A stretch of DNA of 63,102 bases, the filler included. It is 14 parts of 14 records of this genome, joined end to end, with 100 filler letters (N's around TTAATTAATTAA, not from the genome) between each part and the next. Parts side by side here need not be neighbours in the genome. Positions count along the whole stretch, not along the records: positions 46,161 to 49,515 come from SRR15195285_5066; positions 49,616 to 54,289 come from SRR15195285_5069; positions 54,390 to 59,998 come from SRR15195285_5070; 11 more parts are not named here. One strand, 5' to 3'. The translations under genes and the position numbers were made by a program. The notes beneath the pieces are model-generated. The model was not told where the DNA came from, did no database searches, and worked only from the letters and a program-made list of their open reading frames with translations. Below, piece by piece: positions 46,161 through 58,855 of the stretch (position 1 is the stretch's first letter; each line of letters starts with the position of its first letter).

Positions 46161-49100
46161 GATGATGACGGCAGTGGAGAGTTGGACCGCGGTGAGATCA
46201 GAACCCTTCTCACAAAACTTGGCCTGAAGCTCAACAAGAAAAAGCAAGCCAAAGCCTTCAAGGCAATGGACGCGGACGGCAGTGGTGAGATCAGCTTTGA
46301 AGAGTTCTTCGAATGGTATGACAGTCTCAGCAAGGATGAACGCGAGGAGCTGCGTGCAATGAGCGACGAAGCATCAGGCAAGGTGGACACACCTGAGGCA
46401 TCAGTAGACGAGTCTGAGGACGGTGATGCAACCCCGCTGACGCCTGAGAAAGCTGACCTCGATGACGAGGAGCATATGCGAGCTCTCTTTGCTGAAACCG
46501 ATGCTGATGGTAGCATGACGTTGGACACCGAAGAAATCAATCTGCTATTCTCAAAGCTTGGGATGAAGCTCACCCGAGCGAAGCAAAACGCAGCCTTCAA
46601 GACAATGGATGCCGATGGCAGCGGTGAGATCAGCTGGGAGGAATTTTTGGCATGGCACAAAGGCTTGGACCAAGATGAACTCGACAATCTACGTGCTATG
46701 GCAGACAAGGCGAAACGCAGGGCACTCAAGCGTGCTGACGCTGATGACGGCGACGCGGAGGAGGCCGAGCTTGAGGAGAAAATGCAAGCTCTGTTCAATC
46801 AGATTGACGATGACGGGAGTGGCTCGCTAGACACCAGCGAGGTAAAGATCCTGTTCTCGAAGATTGGCCTGAACTTAAGCGCGAAGAAGATGAAGGAGGC
46901 GTTCGCTGTAATGGACGAGGATGGAAGTGGCGACATCAGCTGGACAGAATTTCAGCTGTGGTTCCGCGGCCTGGAGCAGGAGGAGCGCGATAATTTGCTG
47001 TTTGAGGTGGATGCTAGTAATATGGGGCTCGCAGGACGGGTAAGAGGTGGGTGGCTTGCAGACACGAACTGGTTTAGTCCCATTCATAGTAACATTAGAG
47101 GCTACACCGAAGAACGCAAATCGGAGGATGCGGAGTTCTCGGAGCGACGGCACCACAATCACGATGAGTGGTCAGACTTGAACTTCGACCACCTGGTGGA
47201 CGACTTGATCTACGTGATGGAACACCGTCTGCGCGCATCGGCACGTGTAAAACAGATGGTGCATGTACACGGCGCAGGTCGCCATGAAAAGTCAATCGGC
47301 GATGGCTACAGGTGCAAGCAGACACAAGAATTCCGTTCGCATGTAGATGCGATCTTACGGAATTACCGCAGCAACAGCAGCTCATGGATAATGAAAACAT
47401 TCACCGAAGATCTTGAGACCGATCTTGATCGAGCGATCGAAGCAAACATGAACAACCCCGCGTACGGTTTCTGCGATGACGATGCTGCACAGACCACTGA
47501 GACACCGGTTGGGCTCGCTGGCCGCGTTCGTGGGGGGACTGATATCATGGGAGATTCCCCGGTGATGCCACACGGCAAGCGTAAGACTGGAATTGTTGAC
47601 ATGGTTGCGCGTCAGGTTGACACGTACCTGGAATCGCAAGGCCTTGTCAGGGCTGGAGTTCCGGACACACCCTATGTGCCTCCCCAGGACTGCACACGGA
47701 CGATGTTGAGACGCAAGCCGAAGCTTCAACTCTCGCAGCGCGTGCGTGGAGGCGACACCAGTGACGTAGTGGCTGCACCAGACGACGCAGACACGGAAGC
47801 TTGCGACGGAGAAGAAGCTCAGGAAGCCGAGAATGACCAAGAGGAGGAAGAGGAAGGGGTTGAAGAAATGGAGCTGAGCCCCGAGGACCAGGAAATGATG
47901 GAGGCGACGGTGGCTCCGAGCGACCCAGCGCTGCTGAAAGAGCAGGCAGGCAACTCTCATGTCGTGAAGCTCTACACACGGCTCGCCGATGATCTGCTCG
48001 AGAAGGTGGACGTTGAAATCAACCCGAACAAGATGAAATGTGCCGATGCCATAACCATCTTCTGCGGTTGCATCTGCGAACTGGCCTACTGTCAAGTTGC
48101 GCTAGCCTTATGTCCAGTGATCGCAGATGCTATTGCCAAGATCAAATACACTCCAGAGGGTGACGATGTCGCACTGGTGCTGCCGACCGTCATGAAAAAT
48201 ATGTTGCAAAAGGGTGTGGATGATATGATTGAAGGCAAGGTCAAGGAACAGATCGAAAAGATAGTCAAAAGCGCAATGAAAATGGCCGGAAACCAATTCA
48301 AAAAACTCCTTCCAGGAGTTCCTTCATTCGACGGCGAAGAGGACGACCAGGACTCTGCTGGGAATGATGGTGACGGCAATACAGCCGATGCTGGAAGCGC
48401 TGCCACCGCTGAGGTTGACGCCGAGGCAGAGGGAGGTGGCGTTCTGGACGTAGACACGCAGACGTCGATCTCTGGTGATCCAGAGGCAGTGCCAGGAGAA
48501 GGTGAACAGGAAAATCATGGCAACGCTGATGTCAGCAATGTGGAAGGTGAGAGTCACGAGCCACCACAGATTACGCTTGAAGAGGGTATCACCATTTACG
48601 ATGAAGATGGTGCATCCGTCGGTCCTGGCACCACTGCACTAGCCATGATTGCAGGAGGAGGCGTCGCTCTTGCTCTCGGGATGAACGACACAACTGAGGA
48701 TGGGGCTCCTAATCCAGTGCTTGAGGTGCTTGACGAATCCACCATGAACATGCTGTTGTATAATCTCAAGGTCGTTGAGCCGCTGCTGAAAACATATTCC
48801 AAGCGCGCGCACAAGGTGCAGCGAGAGTGGTTTGCGACGACCGGCAACGCAGAAATGAAAGCATTTAAGAGGGACGAGAAGAAGAAGAAGGCACAAGGAC
48901 AGGAAACATACAAAATGCCGCTCCACACTTTCCATGCGGCAGGGCTGACTGATGCACTGCAGGCGATGGTCAAGAAGATGAATAATTCTGGTGGAGAGCT
49001 GAAGAAGCTCGGCGGGACTCTCAGCGCGGATATGCCATCTGCGGACACCCTAAGCCCACACGAGTTCCGCACTCAGGCAATAGTGCTCGTCACGCAGTAC

Positions 49101-49515
49101 GTGCTGAAGCAGACTCAGGTATCATGCCACAAGACCATCGACAAACGGGTCGAAGTGGTAGCCAGTCGTGGTATGAAGAAAGAGGAGGCTGCTACCACAC
49201 GGACTGTGTTGAGAGCAGATGTGGATATGGCTGTCCAAGCCATGGTGACGAAGGAAGTCAAGGAGACTATGGAGAAGTCCTACTGGAAGACAAACAACAG
49301 CATTCAACTCCCAGACACCGAACCCTCCATTGCTCTCAGCAACCCGGAGCTATCTACCACCGACATTAAACAGGAGCACGATATCGAGGTGGGATTGACT
49401 GAGGTTTCGGAAGAGTACAACAATCCACTGGCCGCGGGTGCAGTGTCTTCAAGCGGATTCAAGAAGCTGAAGAAGCAGAAGAAGCAGAAGCAGAAGAAGC
49501 AGAAGAAGAGAGAGA
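46161..49515 (+). CDS. Large multi-EF-hand Ca2+-binding protein, partial at both ends
   Basis: Uninterrupted ORF of more than 1100 aa with six canonical loops (DDDGSGELDRGE, DADGSGEISFEE, DADGSMTLDTEE, DADGSGEISWEE, DDDGSGSLDTSE, DEDGSGDISWTE) in three pairs, followed by acidic and helical regions. Confidence 0.88.
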
Positions 49516-49615
49516 NNNNNNNNNNNNNNNNNNNNNNNNNNNNNNNNNNNNNNNNNNNNTTAATTAATTAANNNNNNNNNNNNNNNNNNNNNNNNNNNNN
49601 NNNNNNNNNNNNNNN

Positions 49616-52600
49616 CGGCCGCGGACCGCGAGGCGGAGGCGCGCCAGGCCGCCGTCACAATCGAGGACGAGGACGAGGACGAGGGAGGTCAGGACGAGGA
49701 CGATGCGGCGGGAGCGGAGGCCGACGGCGAAGAGGAAGAGGTAAGCGACGCCGAACCGGCAGCCGAGCCGGCAGCCGAGGCTGCGCTGCCCGAGGCGGAC
49801 GACGTTGTGAGCGAATGCGTGAAGGTGGCCGTGCGGGTGCGGCCGCTCTCCGCGAAGGAGATAGCCGAGGGCTCGTCGCAGTGCGTCAGCTTCCCAGAAG
49901 CTGGCCAGATCGTCATCGTAAGTGCCCACCCGCGGGCAGTGTCACACACATACGGGTAGGCGCGCGAGCGGCTGGCAGGCCTCGTCCCGGCTGACGCCCT
50001 TCGTCCGCGTGCGTTCGGCTGCGCAGGGAAATGACCGCACGTTTACGTTCGATTCGGTGTTCGACCCCGTAGTTGAGCAAGCAGACGTGTATGGTAAGCC
50101 CGCGCAAGACAGTTTTCTCCGGCACGTGCGCTCTGATCCTTAGGGGCGGCGGCCTGCATCCTAACCTTGGTTTGTGGGATGACGCGAGCGCAGAGGCAAC
50201 CGTCACCAAGCTAGTGGACAAGGTCATGGCGGGGTTCAACGCAACCATTCTCGCATACGGGCAGACGGGCTCTGGCAAGACTCACACGATGGGTTCCGCC
50301 ACAGTGTGCAACGCTGCCGATATTGACGACAGCGTCGGCATTATCCCACGAGCTGTTGGTCGTGTGTTCGAGCGCGCCGCCGCGATGGAAGGAAGCGGTG
50401 ACAAGATCGAAGTCAGCGTGGGTTTTCTCGAAATCTACCAGGAGGAGGTGTACGATCTTTTGACGGGTGAGATTCGCGAAGAGGGCGAGAAGGGCCTGGC
50501 TATCCGCGAAGAAGACGGCGAGATCAGAGTCGCCGGTGCGACTGAGGAACAGATCCCGGGCTGCGAGAGCGCCCTGGAATGCCTCCAACGCGGCTCGCTC
50601 TGCCGGTCAACCGGAGAGACGATGATGAACTCTGTTTCGAGCCGCAGTCACGCGATCTTCACAGTGTCCGTAAAGGTCACTGGCGAGAGAAACACGCACT
50701 CGAAGCTACACTTTGTTGACCTGGCTGGCTCCGAGCGTGCCAAGCGAACGGGAGCTGAGGGTGCCAGGCTCAAGGAGGGCATCAACATCAATCAGGGGCT
50801 AATGACCCTTGGCAAGGTCATCTCCGCGCTGAGTGACGAAAAGCGCAGCGCCACCCAGCACGTGCCGTACCGCGAATCAAAGCTGACACGCATGCTGCAA
50901 GACTCTCTTGGTGGGAACTCGCTGACGTACATGATCTGCTGCATCTCGCCGGCCGACACAAACTTCGAGGAGACACTCAACTCTCTGAAGTATGCCAACC
51001 GTGCAAAGAACATCAAGAACAAACCGACGGTCAACGAAGAGTGAGCTGCCCACCGCTCTGCCACTCGGTGCCCTCCGCTTTGCACTAACAATCAATTTGC
51101 GTAGGTCGCACACGGAGGTCGAGCGCCAGCTTCGCGCGAAAGTCTACGCCTTGCAGCAACAGCTCGCTGCGGGGGGCGGCGGGGCCGCAATGTTTGGAGA
51201 AGGTACCGTAGACGCAGTTGAGGTGGAGGGCATCCGGCGAGAGGCAGAGCTTGTGTCACGGAATGCTGCACAGCTCGAGGCTAAGGTTGCGTCGCTGGTG
51301 CGCTTTCATTTCCGCTTATAGTATTCCAGTTGAACGCAGTAGTGCGAACAGAGTGAGCTGAAGGGCTGATGTCGCGCAGATGCGGGAAAATGAGGAGCTC
51401 AACGCCAACCTGCTTTCAGTCACTAACGACAGAGACCGATTCCGATCGCAGCTGCAGGAAGCTGGGGTCGAGGTCACCGACGAGGCGGGCGGAAAGGCCC
51501 CAGATGGTGGCAACATTATCGAGGAAAAGGTAACTTGCACTGCCTTCACGTTCGAGTTGGTGGCAACGCTAATGTGTCGCATTGCTATCCCTGTAATATT
51601 GTTCGCGTTCAGAACCAAGAAATTTGCGCGCTTCGCAAAAGAGTGGCGGAGCTGCAGCTAGTAGCCGACGTGGCTGCACAGGACGAAGAATACCAAAAAG
51701 AAGCCGAGCAAGAATTGGAGATTAACACTCAGGTGAACACTGAGGAACGAGAGCTTGAACGTGCAGACAAGAAATTCAAAAGCCAGCAAGACCGCCTCGA
51801 ATCTGAGATCAAAAACATCGACGAAAAGGTTGCATGGAAGGAGAAGATCATGAAGGAGTTGGCTGCACAAGCCAGCCAGCATGAGAAGATAAAGGCGACT
51901 TACGAAAGGAACATTCACAAACTTGAGGAAAATATCGCGAAGAACTTGAAGGAGAAGGATTCGCGGCTTTCGAAGCACAGCAAGGAGAAGGGCTCCACCA
52001 CTGAAGCAGCCGCAATCCGAATGAAGTATGAAGAGAAGATTGCGTCGATGCGCAAAAGCCTCGCAGAATTGAAGCAGAAGCAGAAGGACGCAAGCTCTGC
52101 TTTGCAGATGCAGCGCCAGCAGTCAGCAAAACTGAAGCTGATTGAGAAAGACATGGAGAACCTGAAGCGCGAGAAGGTTGATCTCGTCAAGAAGGTCAAA
52201 GAGGAGGCTGTTCAGCACCGCGATTGGAAACAAAAGCGTGAGCTGGAGCTGCGACAGCTGCGGCGCAAACAGCAGAAGACGCAGTTTGAACTGACAAAGT
52301 TGGAAAACGTCCGGGAGAAGCAAGACATTGTACTCAAGCGCAAGCATGAAGAGGTCGCTGCCGCACACCGCCGCGTCAAAGAGATGGAGCGAGGTGCTCG
52401 CAAGGGAAAGCTTGGCAAAGGGCGCCTGCTGCCTGCGGGCGATATGACAGAAGATACAGTCACGACGTGGCTAACAAATCATATATCGGAGTGCGCGAAC
52501 GAGACGGGACTCCAGTCAGCCCTGAAGATTGAGATGATGAAGCGAAATGCTGCAGCAAACAAGCTGGCTCAGCCTGGACTGGACGACGAGACTGCAGAGT

Positions 52601-54289
52601 CATTGAAGGAACAGTTGCAGTTCCGAGCATCTAACATCCAGAACCTGCAGCAGCAGTTAGGCGATCGCGATTTGTTAACTCGATTCAAAAACAAGGTGAA
52701 ACGCACTGCAGACATCGAAGAGCTGCGTGTCGTAATGAGCGCCTGCATCAAACAGTCCGTGCAGTGGAAGTACGACAACACGAAGCTCGAGCGCGCCGCG
52801 ACCGTAGCAGAAGAACGCAGTGCGGAGATGGAGCAAAAGCTGGTCACGGCTGAAGCTTCTTTTGATAAAAAGTGCTTAGAGAGCCAGCAGGAGTACGAAG
52901 AGAACATGGCGAATCTGATCTCCAGCCTTGCCAGGCAGGATGAGCAGGACATGTTGAAATCACCCGGCCTTGAAGACGATGCACAATTGACTTCAGCAGA
53001 AGTTTTGTCGCCAGAGAAAGAAGCGACTGACGCCGAGACCCTTCGCAATATGTACAAGGCTGTAAAGACAGCGAAAAAAGGCTGTGAGCGCGACGTCAAA
53101 CGGTTGCAAAATAAGTTGGAGCGCTCTGAGCGAGAGGTTAAGCAGGCCGACAAGAAAGTGTTCGAGCTTCGCGAAGAGAACGCAGAACTGCAGATAACCA
53201 AAAACCGACTGGAAGGCGAGCTGGAGGTACTGCAGGCTTGCCAAGCTGAGGCTACACCAAGAGATCGGAGGCCACTGCCGGTGCAAGACCCCCGGTTGCA
53301 AAAGAGCATCGGCGAGATGGAATCACTGCGTGAGGAGCTCAAGCGGCGGAGCCGTGCCGATTCAGTGGTGCTGCGCTCTACCTCGGACACTTCTGCGAGC
53401 TCGGCGCCCTCAAGTGTTGCAAGCGCGAGTACGGACGCTGCGATGCTGCGCAGCGCGTCCACCAACTCCGCCAACTCGGCGCCTCCTATTACTCCACGTG
53501 ACTCGGAGGAAGAAGAGAGCCCAAAAGACGAGGTTTCACCCCGAGAATCCAGGCGCAAACCAATGCGTGCGTGGTCTAGCGAGAACGAGGAGCATACTTC
53601 CGAAACAGAGGGTGGCAAAGACAATGAGATAGGCAGTGAGCAACCCACCAGTGACGATGCAGTGTGGTACAATGAAGGGCCAATGAAGGACGAATGGAAG
53701 CGGATCGAGATGTTGACGGTCCCAGGCTTGAAGGATGAGTTGAAAGCATGCGATGCCTCACGGAAAGGCAAGAAGCCAGAGCTGGTAGCCCGGCTTCTTG
53801 ACGCTACAAAAGCACACTGGTTAGCACATGGTACCATCCTCTCGACCACCACAGACATTGTTCGCTCAGCTTCCAATGATGAGGACGAGATGGTTGCCCG
53901 ACCAAAGGGACAATCTGCTAAGGCACAGCTGTACGACCGTGGGATGATCAACAAGATGGCAGCATCATTCTCGCCTGCACGGTTAGTATGCCATGACTGA
54001 TATGTTGACTAACTCTGGCTTGTGTCTGCATCTGTCTTGTGTCTGCAACATTAGACCTTTGCACCTGCCGTTTGCATCTTTGCCGTGCGCGATCTCATCT
54101 CGTTGCTGGGTGTTGGCTGGCTCCAGAGGCAATGCTGAAAACGAAGTACCTGTCATTGTGGACCACAGCCAGAAAAATCGCTCTAAACGACAGCCTCTTA
54201 CAATGGTCCGACAATCATCGGGAGGCTCAACGGTATGCACAGCAAGTTTTCTCCTCGTGTGGCACACACACACACACACACACACACAC
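49616..54289 (+). CDS. Kinesin-4 (KIF4/KIF21-like) motor with long coiled coil and SAP-like motif; multi-exon, 5' and probably 3' partial
   Basis: 'VKVAVRVRPL', P-loop 'GQTGSGKT', 'SSRSHAIF', 'DLAGSER', 'HVPYRESKLTRMLQDSLGG', 'NFEETLNSLKYANRAKNIKNKP'. Kinesin-4-type stalk 'KQDIVLKRKHEEVAAAHRR'. Confidence 0.92.
54263..54289. repeat. (CA)n microsatellite at contig end
   Basis: Read directly. Confidence 0.9.
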
Positions 54290-54496
54290 NNNNNNNNNNN
54301 NNNNNNNNNNNNNNNNNNNNNNNNNNNNNNNNNTTAATTAATTAANNNNNNNNNNNNNNNNNNNNNNNNNNNNNNNNNNNNNNNNNNNNACTCACCTGGG
54401 CACTGCAGTCTGATCGACGTGTACGCCGTATCGTACGATACTGTACGCCGGCGCACGCGCATCGCGCGCATGTTGCCTGGAGCTGCACCTACGTAG

Positions 54497-55973
54497 GGCT
54501 ACGCCAGCGTTGGAGCACATCGACGTGTCTCAAGTCGATATGGACCCTGGGGTTGTCGATGCGGTCGTCGCCCAATGCACGGAGCTGACACCAGCCGAGT
54601 GCAAGCATTTCCTGGAGAAAGGGTACGTCGTAGTGAAGGGTGCATTCCCTCGCGCCGTCGCCCACGAGGTCTGTGAGACGGCGTGGGCTGCACTGGCAGA
54701 GCAAGGGATCCTCAGGGACGACCCGGAGACGTGGAAAAGTGCGCCGTACACAAGGACTCAGGGTTCAGGGAAACGCTATGTGCTGAAGGAGATGGCTCCC
54801 AGAGCGTGGCAAGCGCAGCTCGACGCTTGTGGTGGCGCTGATCGGCTTCCTCATGCAGGAGATCGGATGGCTTTCGGCGACGGTGCGATCGGCAACCTTT
54901 GCGCACAGTGGGAACTAGGCTACATAGCTCCGAGTCCTGAGCTACCTGGCTGGGTAAGCTCGTAAGCAGCCTCTGACTGGATGTGATGGTTGGTCCGATC
55001 TGACAAGCATGGTGTGATCGCAGCACAAAGATGGATGGCATTTTCGCCACTTCCTTGACAGCCCAGAGCAAGGTCTGTTGGTGGTCCCACTGTTCTCAGA
55101 TGTGCTGCCCCAGTCAGGTGCCACACAAATTGCCACCGACTCAGTTGGGGTCGTCGCGCGGTTCCTGAGCCAGTTTACTGAAGGTGTCCACGCCGACGGC
55201 GTGCAAGGCAACGGATACCTCATTCCGAAGCTGATCCAGCAGTGCACGCAGTTCGAAGAGCTCACTGGAGATGCCGGTGATGTGGCAATTCTGCACCCGT
55301 GCCTACTCCAGGAGAGAAGTACCTGTATCTTTCTCTCTGTGTGCCTCTCTGTATGTCTTCGTGTTTCTATACTGTCGGTCAAAGTTCTTATCTCGTGAAC
55401 AGGTACATGTTTCATAGGGTTAGTGGCAACCCGAGCGGGCGGGCGCGGTTCATCGCAAACAATGCCATCGTGCTGAAGCAACCAATGTGCTTCAACCGCC
55501 CTGACGCAGCGCAATACTCGTTGGTCGAGCTTGCTGTGCTCCGTGCGCTGGGCGTCGACCGGTTGGACTTTCGACCAACGGCGGAGCGCACGGCCATTCC
55601 ACCAGGACCGTTTCGCGACGACACACAGCGTGCCATACAGGCGAAGATACTGGAGGCTGAAAAGGTCACAATGACAGAGCTCGGCCACGCAGCTCCAACT
55701 GACATGGAGCAGTGGTGCGTGGATTCGCGAGACCCGTCGGCAACCACGTGTGTTGCGTCGCAATTGACTAAACGGTTCTTAGAAGCAACGACACTATCTC
55801 TCCTTCTCTCTTTCTCTCGCTCGGGTGCTTTGCTGATTTTCCGTTGTGGTAGGGCAAATGCGGGCAAAAGCAACAGACAAAACTTCGTGGCACAGCACCG
55901 AGCAGCAAAGATTGGTGACGACGGCTGGCCTGGCTCCGCGAGCTCGAAGGGACAGTCTCACCCAAAGCTTTGA
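54497..55973 (+). CDS. PhyH-like dioxygenase-fold protein, multi-exon, start uncertain
   Basis: 'HFLEKGYVVVKGAF', 'GW|HKDGWHFRHFLDSPEQGLL', 'ELTGDAGDVAILHP|YMFH'. Introns at about 54954-55023, 55299-55402 and 55715-55852. Confidence 0.75.
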
Positions 55974-56084
55974 GCAGTCAAACGCTGTGACTAATTTTCG
56001 CGCAAACGAGTGTCATTCGACCGGAGCTCAGTGTACCATCCACTCGCACATGGCAATGTCAATGCGCCAACCGTTGAGAGGCAC

Positions 56085-57164
56085 TCAGTACCGCGGCCCA
56101 ATCGCGGTACGTGTCATGTCTGCATCCGCCCAAGGCCACGGCGCGGTCGCTCTGCTAACTGTTGCATCAATCCGAGTCTGCAAGTCGACGATCTTGAGCT
56201 CGTTTTCTTCTATCATCTGCTCCATTAGTTCGTCTAGTCGGTCATTCTTGCTCTTCACGTCACTTGTGGCCGGCCGAAGCGGGGTTTGTGGAGCAAAGTT
56301 GAAGCCCGGAGGAGCAGAAATGGGTTCCAAGGTGTTGCTCGTTGGAGGGCGCTGTTGCGGAGACACTCTGTGCGATAGTGCACTGCGGCTAGACAGCCTA
56401 CCGGGTGTAGGTACGTCCTGCGTGCCGATGACGCACTTGGCTCCGACGCTGGTTGCGCTTGGTGTAGCCATGAGCTGGTCCGCGGGAATCAGGTCAACAC
56501 TCTCCCGCTCGACGACGTCGGCAGATAGCCGCCCACCACCCACGGATAACCGCGCATCTGCAGTTTTGCAGTCCATTGCCGAGTGAGACCGACGGCGGGT
56601 TGTAGTGTCGCCTCTTCGTCGGTCAGATCTGACTGTACCGGACCTGAGGTGGTCTCCCACCAAACGCTGCCTCTGGAACTCCTGGCGTACGCCCTGCTTG
56701 TTGTGCGTCGCCCATGTTGGCACCTCGGCTTTGGCGTTCTCGAAGGGATCCCACGAGACTACACAGACCGCAGGTGGGGCCCACTCCCCGAAACCTTGCG
56801 TCCGGCGCACATCGGTTCGCCCGAATGTTCCAAATTTGTTTGTGAACGTGCCACGCTGAGGCACCGGCCGCTGGTTCCGTGGCAGCGACTTGCGCTCACT
56901 ATCACAGTGCCACTCACGGTGGCTGTCACGCGGCGTAGGGTTGGGTGCCTTTCCACGTGCTGGCTTCGGCGACTGACTCGGCAGTCGATATGCCCGCAGC
57001 TCTCGGGCCGGCTTCGGTCGTGCCTCCGCCAGCTCTTCGAACGAGTGCTCGCAGTAGCCACCCACCGGATTCAGATTCAGTGACCCGCCGCCGCCCACAT
57101 CGTCGCTCTGCCAGTTGCGCAGCCTCGTCGCCGAAAACGAGTTCGAGATGCTCGTGCGCACCAT
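56085..57164 (-). CDS. Hypothetical protein
   Basis: 359-aa ATG-initiated ORF divergent from the PAE-like gene; no recognisable domain. Confidence 0.6.
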   Translation of the reverse strand: MVRTSISNSFSATRLRNWQSDDVGGGGSLNLNPVGGYCEHSFEELAEARPKPARELRAYRLPSQSPKPARGKAPNPTPRDSHREWHCDSERKSLPRNQRPVPQRGTFTNKFGTFGRTDVRRTQGFGEWAPPAVCVVSWDPFENAKAEVPTWATHNKQGVRQEFQRQRLVGDHLRSGTVRSDRRRGDTTTRRRSHSAMDCKTADARLSVGGGRLSADVVERESVDLIPADQLMATPSATSVGAKCVIGTQDVPTPGRLSSRSALSHRVSPQQRPPTSNTLEPISAPPGFNFAPQTPLRPATSDVKSKNDRLDELMEQMIEENELKIVDLQTRIDATVSRATAPWPWADADMTRTAIGPRY

Positions 57165-57521
57165 AGTTGCCCGTCTGTCTCTCCGGGCGCTCTCCCGGCG
57201 CTTGAAAAGGGACGAGCGCGCCTGCAGGTGGCAAGTACCGGACGTCGCGATGCCGAAAGTGGATATCTGCTCCGGCGCTCCCCTGCGCTGTCAACGGCGG
57301 CCCGGCGCGAGAGACCGAGAGTGACTGATCGAGAGTCGGCGGGTCGCACGGGTCTCGAGAGTCGGCCGGATATGCGCATAATGATCCGCATCCGGGATGT
57401 TTATTCATCAATAATGTGGAATTCACAAAATTCAGTTGATTCCGGATTAGCGACGCTAGCGCTGTCCCTCGCCGGGCGGCGCCACTCCTCGCGCTCCCTG
57501 CTCCGCCCGCCTCCCAGCGCC

Positions 57522-58855
57522 ATGCTCAATCTCTGCGCCGGCGCGATGCTCGCCTCCGTCGTTGCTGCCGTTCCCGCGTTCCACCGCGGCATGGCGCCCG
57601 AGATGATGCAGGACAGCTCCGTGAGCAATGACGGCTCGGACTTGGGCGGTGGATAGTAAGTGGGACATGGGGAGACACTCGCCACACCGATGTGGTTGCG
57701 TCGCATGTTTCCCTGAGCTGTACATGCGTGCCACAGCTTCGACTCCGACCCGAAAGTGAACCCACAGATGTACAATTGGAACCACGTATTTCTTCGGTAC
57801 TGTGATGGTGGGTCTTTCTCAGGCTCGAACGACACATCGACAGCAGTCAATGGCGCCACGCTCTGGTTCCGCGGCAAGCACGTCCTGAAGGCCATGATTG
57901 ACGACCTTCTAACAAACCGTGGCCTCAAGCAGAGCAGCGACGTGGTCATCTCTGGTTGCTCAGCAGGTGGGCTGGCTACCTTCCTTCACGTCGATCACTG
58001 GGCGGGCGTGCTGAGCACGGCAGTCCCCAACGCTAAAGTGCGGGGGATGCCTGACAGTGGTTTCTGTGAGCCTTTCTGGATCTCCGTCTCCGTCTCACTT
58101 GATCTGATGTGATCCAGATAAGCCAGCAGCGAGGGCTGACAGACAGTGCTGCTGCTGTTTCGTTGCTTCTGCTGCCACTGCCACCACCACCAACGCTGCT
58201 GCTACTGCTGCTGGGTAGTCCTCGATGTTGAACAAGGGCCTAAGTATCACTCGAATATGCAGTGGGTATTTAACTACATGAACTCTACGAGTGGTGTAAA
58301 CGACGCCTGCATTGCTGCCAACGGTGGCAGCGAGTGGAAGTGCATCTTCGCAGAGCACACGTCGCCACACATCAAGACACCGATATTTCCACTGCAGGGA
58401 GAGTACGACAGTTGGCAGATGTGCTGCGATGCAGGCTATGAGACAAAGGACAGCAAGACCGACGTTGCGATCAACGCGTGGGGTAAGAAGCTGACCGACC
58501 TCGTCCACACCAACTTGCTCACTCCGAATCCGAAACACGGCGTGAGTGATAGAGTACAGCATACTCTCAAGCTCTAATTTGTCCAGTTTTTCGTGAACTC
58601 GCACAGATGTTGGTCACCTATCAGACAATCGAATGCTTTAGGAAGCATTGAACACTGTGTGTTCTTTCACAGATATTTCTCGACAGCTGTCTCCATCACT
58701 GCGGTGGCTGGGGCTCGTACACGATAAACGGCATGGTGCAAGGCCCGGCTTTCCAGAAATGGTACGAAGGTGGTGACGGTGTCCATATCCAGGGCAAGCC
58801 TTATCCGTGTGTGTCGTGCTGCACACCGGGAGGTGGCAACAGATCCAACGCGTAG
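57522..58855 (+). CDS. Pectin acetylesterase / Notum family (CE13-like) protein, 4 exons, N-terminal core apparently missing
   Basis: 'NWNHVFLRYCDGGSFSG', nucleophile 'SGCSAGG', 'PDSGF', 'YDSWQ', 'FLDSCLHHC'. Introns at about 57656-57736, 58066-58218 and 58542-58672. Confidence 0.85.

Noticed and set aside
58146..58216. Cys/His-rich peptide 'CFCCHCHHHQRCCYCC' suggesting a metal-binding domain
   Set aside because: It is the translation of (CTG)/(CCA) trinucleotide repeats inside an intron of the PAE-like gene.
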